A stretch of DNA of 32,000 nucleotides from Geotalea daltonii FRC-32 (GTDB taxonomy: Bacteria; Desulfobacterota; Desulfuromonadia; Geobacterales; Geobacteraceae): assembly GCF_000022265.1 (NCBI RefSeq), contig NC_011979.1, forward strand, positions 2,040,001 to 2,072,000, read 5' to 3'. Shown here one piece after another: positions 1 through 7,235 of the stretch. The notes under the pieces are model-generated. The model was not told the origin of the DNA. It did not search any database and saw only the letters and a program-made list of their open reading frames with translations. Made by a program: the position numbers and the translations under genes. Positions within the stretch are counted from its first letter, which is position 1. Every line of letters begins with the position of its first letter.

Positions 1-3000
1 GCTGTGGGAGATGCAGTACGGAAACAAGGACGACCTTGACCGGGCAGTGATGGTCACCACGGCCACCGATGGCTCCAACAACGTGGTTGTCGTCGGTTTC
101 GGCAAGAACAACGCCGTCCCCGGCAACGACGATATTAAAATCGTCAAGTACACCCCGGCAGGCACCATGGCCTGGACCCCGAAGGTGTACGACGGCGGCC
201 GCAACGACTATCCCACCGGTGTTGCCATGGACGGCGCCGGAGACATCTTCGTCACCGGATTCAGCGAAAATGCCCAGGGAAGCACGGATTTCTTCACCGC
301 CAAATACAGCGGCACCAACGGCACCCTGCTCTGGGCCGATACCTATGCCAATCCCGTCGCCGCCGGAGATGCCCGAGCCATGTCCATTGCCGTCGACAAG
401 GCAGGCGATGCCTTTGTAACCGGCTACCTGGTCAACGACCAGACCCCTGCAAATCGCGATTTCTTCACCATCAAATATGCGGGCGCAGCCGATGCGGTCA
501 AGAGGCGGGTGTGGGAAAAACGGTACCAGGGGGCAGGCAACGGCGACGACTGGGGTGTTGCGGTCAAGCTGGATCCAATCGACGGCGCGGTGGTCGTGGC
601 CGGAACATCGTTCGCCACACCCGCCGAAACTGACATCCACCTCATCCGCTATCGTGGTACGGACGGAGAGGTGGTCTGGGAGAGGAACCTGGATCGTTCC
701 GGCAGCTACGAATACCTTTCCGCCATGGAAATCGACTCTTCCGGTTACATCTATGCCGCCGGCAATACCCGCATTGGTCCCCAGGGAGATGCGGGGTACG
801 ATGCCTCTTCCGACATGCTTTCGGTCATCTGGGATTTCGAGGGGACCTTCCTCGGCGCAAAGATCCATGACAACGGGGGCAAGCAGGATGAGGCCAGGAG
901 CATTGCCGTCAACTACCAGGGAGAGGCATTCATCGCCGGCTTCAAACGTACCGCGGTAGGGGATGCCGACTATTCCCTGTTCAAGCACAAGAACGACTAT
1001 ATTCTGGTCCCGGCTCCCTTTGCCGCCGTTGCCCAGGCCGATTACAGCAAAATAAACCTCTCCTGGAGGGAGAATACCGGGGGCACCGGTTTCAGAATCG
1101 AGCGGACCTTTGGGCCGGCCAATGATGCCAGCACCTGGGAAAGCATCGGCACCTTTCCATCCGGAACCCTTACCCATCAGGACACCGGAAGGTCCGCCGG
1201 GGTCAGCTACTGCTACCGCATCGATGCCTTCTCCGGCAGCATCAGCTCCAGAAAGCTGATTACCTGCGTCACCACCACGCTTCCGGCACCGGTCCTCTCC
1301 CCACTCACCGTCGATTCCTCCAGCCAGATCAGCCTTTCATGGAGCAGCGTTCAGGGCAGCACCGGCTATCGCATCGAGCGCAAAACCGGAAGCGGCGGCA
1401 GCTGGGGAGTTGTTGCCGATAAGGGTGCAGGCGAGACTACCCACCAGGATTCGCCCCTGTCGCCGGGCACCACCTATTACTATCGCATCATGACCAACAG
1501 CCCCTCCGGCTATTCCCAGGCAGGCAACGAGAGCAGCGCCATTACCCGACCGGCAGCCCCAACCCTCAATGCCCCCACTGACGGCAACACGGCTAAGAAC
1601 CAGATCGCTCTGAATTGGAACGGGGTGACCGGTGCCGCCGCCTACACGCTGCAATTCAAAACCGAAGGAGGCGCCTGGGCCGATGCCGTCGGTTGTACTG
1701 CCATCACCGGCACCTCCTGCACGGTCAATTCCCTGGTCGACGACACCTTGTATTACTTCCAGTTGAAGGCTGCCAATGCCGGCGGTGATTCCGCCTGGAG
1801 CAACACGGTGCAGAAGTACACCAAGCTGGTGGAACCGACCCTGCTGACAGTGACTCCGGCTTCAACCGGCCAGCTGAACATCGGGTGGACCGACAACACC
1901 GACAAGGAAACCGGTTATGTGCTTGAGGAAGCATACTGCTACGATTCCAACAACAATCCTGCCAACTGCGGCATTAACGGTTGGTGGAGCGGCTGGACTG
2001 CCGTCAACGGTCTGGATGCGGCCAGTCAGCCCTTCCAGCGGAGCGGATTGAATGCAGGTTCAGCATACAAGTACCGCCTGAGAGCGGTTAACGCAAACCA
2101 CGGCAATAATTACTCGGCATACAGCAGCGATGTAGTCGGCTGGACATGGCTCAACCCCCCCACCTTGTCTTCCATCGAGCCCATGACGCAGAATTCGCTC
2201 AAGGCCATCTGGACGGACGTTTCAGGGGAAAACAAATACACCCTGGAGCGGAAGCAGACCTCGACTGGCTCCTGGGCTGAGGTCGCAGCCGCGGCCAGCC
2301 TCGGCGCCAATGTTCTTACCTATACCGACGGCTCTCTTTCCGAGCAGACCGAGTATTGCTACCGAATCAAGGCGACCAACACCTATAACGGCAATGCCGT
2401 TTACAGTACCAACGAGCTGTGCAAGACCACCCCTCTTCCTTCACCAGTTGTTGCGGCGGTGACAGCTCTGTCCACCACCCAGATCAAGATAGACTGGACC
2501 AGTGTCGCCGGCGCCAATGGATACGAGATTCAAAGGGCACAGGGTAATTATCCGGATTCGCCAGGTTATTATATTTATTCCGATTGGACCACTCTGCCGA
2601 AGATCTCCGCCGATCCCCTGGAGCCGGGTGGAACGGCGCATACCTTCACCGATACCGTGCCCAATGTGGGTTATACCTACAGGTACCGCATCCGCGTTAC
2701 CTATGGCGTGTCTGACTTTTCCGGCTGGAGTGCGGAGCCGTACAAATACGCCACAACAGTACCGGCCGCGCCTGCCATGTACACGCCTACCGCCAACTCC
2801 ACTTCCCAGTTGACTCCTTCCTGGGGAAATGTCTACGGCGACACCGGCTATAAGCTGGAATGGAAGGAACGGGTCGGTGGAGACTGTACCGCCGGCACCT
2901 GGAGCGATCCCATATGGGTCGACTCATACAACAACTACTACAGCCACGGCGGACTGAGCCAAGCCACCTGGTACTGCTACCGGGTCAGGGCGACCAACGG

Positions 3001-3970
3001 CCTCGATTCCGCATACAGTAATGTGGTTTCCCAGACGACCCTCCTGCCGGCGCCGGTACTGGAATTGCCGACCGGTGTTACAACCGGCAAAATCGATCTT
3101 TCATGGAACAATATCACCGGCAATATCGGCTATGACATCTATCGCAGCACCGATGGGGTTACCTATACCTACAGGGGAAGTTCTCCACAGGATTACAGCT
3201 ATTACTCCGATACCGGGCTTACTGCCGGGACCCTTTACCATTACCGGGTCTCCGCCAAAAATGCAGGGGGGCTGTCAGCGGCAAGCAATGTCCAGTCGGC
3301 TACCACTACCCCCGCGGCAACCAGCGTCACTCTTAAGGTGGCGTCGCCATGGCAGATCGACCTGGCATGGCCGGTACGCCTGGGGGCCACCAATTACAAG
3401 ATCGACCGGAAAGAAAGCGGCGGCTCGTACAGCGAGATCGAAAACGTTGCCGTATCCTACGAAAAGCTCTACTGCGGCTCTGCCTACCCGACGACCTCCT
3501 GCCAAACCCTGAGCGACAAGGTGGCCGCCTATGCCGCCACGGGGCTCAAGGCGAATACCTCCTACTGCTTCCAGGTCAGGGCCTGGAACAGCACCGGCGG
3601 CGACTCGATACCCAGCACGGAAGCATGTCTGTCCACCCTGAAGCTTGCCGCACCCACATTGTCGGCTGCGCCTGTCACAGGTGCCAGCATCGGTTTGACG
3701 GCTACCTATGACGCCAGTGCCTGCGGCAGCGTCAGTTGCACCGATATTGACGGCTTCGAGCTGGAAGTGAACCTGAACGGCAACTGGATCAGGCTGGCAA
3801 CCATCGCCGGTACCGCCGGCGCCACCTATACCGACCGGGTAGGTGTCGGTCCAAATACCCGGCACGCCTACCGGGCGCGGGTCTTCAAGGGAGGGGAATT
3901 CTCCAACTACAGCGCCGAGGCAGTGACCAGTACTCCGTCACTGACAGCGGCGCCGGATACCTGCCCCTGA
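1..3970 (+). CDS. Large extracytoplasmic/cell-surface protein with N-terminal SBBP-type beta-propeller repeats followed by about ten fibronectin type III-like modules. The 5' end is probably cut by the window edge.
   Basis: The frame is open from base 2 (L-W-E before the first Met at 11). The first ~330 aa carry reiterated D-x-(A/S)-G-x-(I/A/V)-(F/Y/V)-(V/A)-(T/A)-G strands (DIFVTGFS, DAFVTGYL, AVVVAGTS, YIYAAGNT, EAFIAGFK). About 10 modules of ~90 aa follow, each with (I/L)-x-(L/W)-x-W ... GY-x-(I/L)-E/Y-R ... Y-x-Y-R-(I/V) signatures. Stop at 3968-3970. Confidence 0.85.
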   Translation, partial: LWEMQYGNKDDLDRAVMVTTATDGSNNVVVVGFGKNNAVPGNDDIKIVKYTPAGTMAWTPKVYDGGRNDYPTGVAMDGAGDIFVTGFSENAQGSTDFFTAKYSGTNGTLLWADTYANPVAAGDARAMSIAVDKAGDAFVTGYLVNDQTPANRDFFTIKYAGAADAVKRRVWEKRYQGAGNGDDWGVAVKLDPIDGAVVVAGTSFATPAETDIHLIRYRGTDGEVVWERNLDRSGSYEYLSAMEIDSSGYIYAAGNTRIGPQGDAGYDASSDMLSVIWDFEGTFLGAKIHDNGGKQDEARSIAVNYQGEAFIAGFKRTAVGDADYSLFKHKNDYILVPAPFAAVAQADYSKINLSWRENTGGTGFRIERTFGPANDASTWESIGTFPSGTLTHQDTGRSAGVSYCYRIDAFSGSISSRKLITCVTTTLPAPVLSPLTVDSSSQISLSWSSVQGSTGYRIERKTGSGGSWGVVADKGAGETTHQDSPLSPGTTYYYRIMTNSPSGYSQAGNESSAITRPAAPTLNAPTDGNTAKNQIALNWNGVTGAAAYTLQFKTEGGAWADAVGCTAITGTSCTVNSLVDDTLYYFQLKAANAGGDSAWSNTVQKYTKLVEPTLLTVTPASTGQLNIGWTDNTDKETGYVLEEAYCYDSNNNPANCGINGWWSGWTAVNGLDAASQPFQRSGLNAGSAYKYRLRAVNANHGNNYSAYSSDVVGWTWLNPPTLSSIEPMTQNSLKAIWTDVSGENKYTLERKQTSTGSWAEVAAAASLGANVLTYTDGSLSEQTEYCYRIKATNTYNGNAVYSTNELCKTTPLPSPVVAAVTALSTTQIKIDWTSVAGANGYEIQRAQGNYPDSPGYYIYSDWTTLPKISADPLEPGGTAHTFTDTVPNVGYTYRYRIRVTYGVSDFSGWSAEPYKYATTVPAAPAMYTPTANSTSQLTPSWGNVYGDTGYKLEWKERVGGDCTAGTWSDPIWVDSYNNYYSHGGLSQATWYCYRVRATNGLDSAYSNVVSQTTLLPAPVLELPTGVTTGKIDLSWNNITGNIGYDIYRSTDGVTYTYRGSSPQDYSYYSDTGLTAGTLYHYRVSAKNAGGLSAASNVQSATTTPAATSVTLKVASPWQIDLAWPVRLGATNYKIDRKESGGSYSEIENVAVSYEKLYCGSAYPTTSCQTLSDKVAAYAATGLKANTSYCFQVRAWNSTGGDSIPSTEACLSTLKLAAPTLSAAPVTGASIGLTATYDASACGSVSCTDIDGFELEVNLNGNWIRLATIAGTAGATYTDRVGVGPNTRHAYRARVFKGGEFSNYSAEAVTSTPSLTAAPDTCP

Positions 3971-4015
3971 CGGGCGGCGTAAGGAAGTCGATATAAAGCG
4001 TCGGTTGAAAATATT

Positions 4016-4054
4016 ATATTATCCCTTGACGATAATATCTGGTCGGGATACTAT
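4016..4054 (+). promoter_or_regulatory. Sigma70-like promoter for higBA (TTGACG 4026-4031, 17-nt spacer, TACTAT 4049-4054), overlapped by an 8-bp perfect inverted repeat (ATATTATC 4016-4023 / GATAATAT 4031-4038) that could be the operator.
   Basis: The hexamers and spacing were read directly. The palindrome straddles the -35, as is usual for autoregulated TA operons. The -10 ends 6 nt before the higB ATG, and no SD is present. Confidence 0.5.
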
Positions 4055-4060
4055 TTTTCC

Positions 4061-4343
4061 ATGATCAAGTCGTTTAACTGCAAAGAGACCGAAAAGCTTT
4101 TTTTCGGGCGCTTTCCCACGAAGTTGCCGCAAGCGATCCAGCGCTCGGCTGCGATCAAGCTCAAAATTCTTAATGCTGCGACTATTCTTGAGAACTTTGC
4201 GAGTACCTCCTGCTAATCACCTGGAAGCCTTGCACGATGACCGGGAAGGGCAACACAGCATCCGGATCAACAAGCAGTGGCGCATCTGCTTTGTGTGGAA
4301 AGACAGTGATGCCTATAACGTCGAGATCGTCGATTATCATTGA
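4061..4343 (+). pseudogene. higB: HigB-family (RelE/ParE superfamily) toxin interrupted by a +1 frameshift.
   Basis: Frame 0 from ATG 4061 gives MIKSFNCKETEKLFFGRFPTKLPQAIQRSAAIKLKILNAATILENF and then stops at TAA 4214-4216. The +1 frame continues RVPPANHLEALHDDREGQHSIRINKQWRICFVWKDSDAYNVEIVDYH* (stop 4341-4343), which is the canonical HigB C-terminus. Removing one T from the TTT run at 4196-4198 restores a 93-aa HigB. Confidence 0.8.
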
Positions 4344-4354
4344 GAGGTGACATT

Positions 4355-4660
4355 ATGGCAAAACGTGATTTTTCTCCGATTCACCCTGGCGAAATCCTGT
4401 TGACGGAATTCCTGGAGCCCCTGGGCGTTACTCAATATCGGCTGGCCAAAGATATTGGCGTGACGCCACGGCGAATAAATGAAATCGTCCATGGACGGCG
4501 CGCCATAACCGCCGACACTGCACTGCGCCTTGGGCGCTTCTTTAATATGGAAGCACAATTCTGGCTGAATCTTCAGACACATTACGATATGGAGGTGGCC
4601 CTGGAAAACCTTCAGGACCGTCTTGACAAAGAGGTTCATCCACTTTCCCATGCCGCATAG
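4355..4660 (+). CDS. higA: HigA-family antitoxin (XRE-type HTH).
   Basis: MAKRDFSPIHPGEILLTEFLEPLGVTQYRLAKDIGVTPRRINEIVHGRRAITADTALRLGRFF... is a typical HigA HTH. SD GAGAGGTGA lies upstream of ATG 4355, and the gene directly follows the higB stop. Confidence 0.9.
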   Translation: MAKRDFSPIHPGEILLTEFLEPLGVTQYRLAKDIGVTPRRINEIVHGRRAITADTALRLGRFFNMEAQFWLNLQTHYDMEVALENLQDRLDKEVHPLSHAA

Positions 4661-4744
4661 GGGGGCGTCGGATAACAGGATTGACTCCCTTCTACCTAAT
4701 AGAGGAGCCAACCTCACTCCAGTTCGGTAATAAAGGAATGATAA

Positions 4745-5524
4745 ATGGTTGAACTTATCGCCTTTGATGCAGATGACACTCTCTGGCATGACATGCCCTT
4801 ATTTCAATGTTTAGTAGAGAAATTCAAGGCGCTCTTGAGAGAATACCAGTCTGAAGAATTGATCGAAAAGGCTTTGCTTGAAACAGAGGCAAAGAACCTG
4901 AAGCATTTTGGCTACGGGGTAAAAGGCTTTACGCTGTCATTGATCGAAACAGCTTTGGATCTCTCAGAAGGACGTATTTCCCCATCCGTGATACGGGAAA
5001 TCCTGGAACTTGGAAAAGAGATGATGGGGGCACCGGTTGAACTGCTTCCAGGAGCAAAAGAAACAGTCGAAGCTCTTGCAAACAAGCACAAACTGATTCT
5101 TGTGACCAAGGGGGATTTATTTCATCAGGAATCAAAATTGGCCAGATCGGGAATGGGAGATAACTTTTCTGAATTGGAGATAGTCGCAAGCAAAGATAGT
5201 CGTACATATGAAGCAATACTGAAAAAATTCAAGGTCAGGGCAGACCGGTTCATGATGGTCGGCAATTCCATCCGGTCTGATATTTTGCCTGTTTTGGCAT
5301 TGGGAGCATATGCGGTTCACATACCGTATCATGCAGAATGGGCACATGAAACCGTACAGGAGAAGCAAAAGCAGAAATTGAAGTTGGAGAATAGATACAT
5401 CCAAATCGAGAACATTGGCATGCTTCTGCAGGTGGCAATCAAAATCGAGTCGAATCATTTTTGTGCTCAGGCAAGCGAGCAGTCCGAACAATCGGCGGCA
5501 GACGGACAAGCCGCGACGCCTTGA
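4745..5524 (+). CDS. HAD-superfamily hydrolase/phosphatase.
   Basis: Motif [10 protein letters not shown] (DxDxT) lies at the N-terminus. A later LVTKGD and [10 protein letters not shown] (motif IV-like) are present. SD AAGGA lies 8 nt before the ATG. GC is visibly lower than in the neighbours. Confidence 0.8.
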   Translation: MVELIAFDADDTLWHDMPLFQCLVEKFKALLREYQSEELIEKALLETEAKNLKHFGYGVKGFTLSLIETALDLSEGRISPSVIREILELGKEMMGAPVELLPGAKETVEALANKHKLILVTKGDLFHQESKLARSGMGDNFSELEIVASKDSRTYEAILKKFKVRADRFMMVGNSIRSDILPVLALGAYAVHIPYHAEWAHETVQEKQKQKLKLENRYIQIENIGMLLQVAIKIESNHFCAQASEQSEQSAADGQAATP

Positions 5525-5646
5525 ACCGTTGCGGAAGGGCTGAAATTGCCAATGTATCGGATCAATACCTATTCCATGTGCTGGATGCTTCATGCCGAGG
5601 CCTTAACAGTTTCATTAACAAGTGCAACAACATACAAAGGACAAAC

Positions 5647-5985
5647 ATGACGACTTTACCCAAATGCCCCTCATGCAGTTCTGAATATACCTATGAAGAC
5701 GGCGAACTTTACGTCTGCCCCGAGTGCGCCAACGAGTGGGCAAAGACGGCAGCGGAGACCGCAGAGGCCGACAGTGTCGTCCGTGACGCCTTCGGCAACC
5801 TGCTCAGCGACGGCGATTCGGTGACCGTCATCAAGGATCTGAAAATAAAGGGATCGTCATCGGTGGTCAAGGTCGGCACCAAGGTCAGGAACATCCGCAT
5901 TGTATCGGGAGACCACGATATTGACTGCAAGATCGACGGCATCGGCGCCATGCAGTTGAAATCGGAGTTCGTCAAAAAGGCGTGA
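5647..5985 (+). CDS. phnA: PhnA/YjdM zinc-ribbon protein.
   Basis: [31 protein letters not shown] (CxxC...CxxC) is followed by the C-terminal [30 protein letters not shown]...[21 protein letters not shown], characteristic of PhnA. The longer track ORF starting at 5461 has no support upstream of this Met. Confidence 0.9.
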   Translation: MTTLPKCPSCSSEYTYEDGELYVCPECANEWAKTAAETAEADSVVRDAFGNLLSDGDSVTVIKDLKIKGSSSVVKVGTKVRNIRIVSGDHDIDCKIDGIGAMQLKSEFVKKA

Positions 5986-5989
5986 ATGC

Positions 5990-6156
5990 CTAGGAGTCTG
6001 TCGGACTTAGGGATCGAAGCGAGAGAAAGGAAAATCGAGGACGGATATTTGGAAATTTGAGAGCGAATAGTGGACCTGTTTGTCGAAAATTTACGGAGAT
6101 CCGGACCGATTTGCCATTTTCGCAGCCGATTCATTCTAAGTCCGACAGACTCCTAG
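5990..6156. repeat. 167-bp foldback element with perfect 21-bp terminal inverted repeats and a degenerate palindromic interior (MITE-like or a long hairpin).
   Basis: CTAGGAGTCTGTCGGACTTAG (5990-6010) is the exact reverse complement of 6136-6156. The arms continue to align imperfectly (shared ATCG, GCGA, AAATCG, CGGAT, AAATTT blocks). The element lies between the phnA stop and the DUF72 start. Confidence 0.7.
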
Positions 6157-6182
6157 CAATCCCCCTTGCCCCGGAGTGACAC

Positions 6183-6884
6183 ATGAACCTCTACGTCGGC
6201 ACCAGCGGATATTCCTACAAAGAATGGAAAGGCACCTTCTACCCGGGGGATCTGCCCGACAGGCAGATGCTCCATTACTACGCCGGGCATTTTCGGGCGG
6301 TGGAGATCAACAACACCTTTCATAGAATGCCCAAGGTGTCGGTTCTGGAAGCATGGGCGAGCCAGGTTCCGGCCGACTTCAAATTCGTGCTCAAGGCGCC
6401 GCAACAGATCACCCACGTGCAGCGGCTGCAGAATGCCGATGATTCGCTGTCCTATCTCCTGGAGGTGGCGGGGGTGCTGGAGGGGCGCCTGGGGCCGCTG
6501 CTGTTCCAGTTGCCGCCGGGCTTGAAAAAGGATCTGCCTAGGCTGGCGGATTTTTTGTCGTTATTGCCGCCCCGGTGCCGCGCGGCATTCGAATTCCGGC
6601 ACGCATCCTGGTTCGTGGATGAGCTTTTCGACCTGCTGCATAAGCATCGGGCGGCGCTGTGCATTGCCGACGCCGAAGGGGATCTGCAGGTGCCCTTTGT
6701 TGCCACTGCCAACTGGGGCTATTTCCGGCTGCGCAGGCCGGACTATGGCGACCATGAACTGAACTGCTGGGTAAAGCGGCTGCGGGAGCAATATTGGGAG
6801 GATGCCTTCGTCTTTTTCAAACACGAGGAAGAGGGAAAGGGCCCACAGATGGCGAAGCGATTCATGGAACTGGCTGAGGGTTAA
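6183..6884 (+). CDS. DUF72 (YecE-like) family protein.
   Basis: The N-terminus MNLYVGTSGYSYKEWKGTFYP and the later FEFRHASWF and FFKHEE motifs are typical of DUF72. SD GGAG lies 6 nt upstream. Confidence 0.85.
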   Translation: MNLYVGTSGYSYKEWKGTFYPGDLPDRQMLHYYAGHFRAVEINNTFHRMPKVSVLEAWASQVPADFKFVLKAPQQITHVQRLQNADDSLSYLLEVAGVLEGRLGPLLFQLPPGLKKDLPRLADFLSLLPPRCRAAFEFRHASWFVDELFDLLHKHRAALCIADAEGDLQVPFVATANWGYFRLRRPDYGDHELNCWVKRLREQYWEDAFVFFKHEEEGKGPQMAKRFMELAEG

Positions 6885-7235
6885 GACGAGGAAAAATTAT
6901 TTATCATTAATGATTTGTGGCCGAAACCGGAATAATATCAAGAACGAGAGGCCCTCAACCTCTTGCAGGAAGGGACACGACGGGCATGCGTCACTGATGC
7001 GTGACGGTTAAAATCAAGATTTTTCAGCAACCTTCTTTTTGTCCGGCAGAACCCCCACTTGTTTATCAATTTGGGTGAGGTAAATTATGTGCAGATTAAA
7101 TTGCTCATAATGATTCCACATCCACCAACCCAACAGGCCCACACTAAGACAAACGATAAAACATGCTGTCCAAAAAAACAGCTGCCTGATCAGGATTTGA
7201 GATGCCGATGCAATTTTCGACGCGGGAGGTGCAGA

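Noticed and set aside
1000-3970. Possible DNA-level tandem repeats or a CRISPR-like periodicity in the Fn3 region.
   Set aside because: The periodicity exists only at protein level. The nucleotide sequences of the modules are diverged and lie inside one continuous ORF. No direct-repeat/spacer architecture occurs anywhere in the window.
6989-7006. Short hairpin CGTCAC-tgatgc-GTGACG about 100 nt after the DUF72 stop, as a possible terminator.
   Set aside because: The stem is only 6 bp, no adjacent U-run follows directly, and it is far from the stop codon. This is too weak to call.
7059-7235. 5' extension of the lipoprotein ORF (track start 7059, a non-ATG codon).
   Set aside because: The extension is AT-rich and encodes a Cys/Arg/Gln-rich peptide with no signal sequence. 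GGGAGG-N6-ATG at 7236 is followed at once by a lipoprotein signal peptide.
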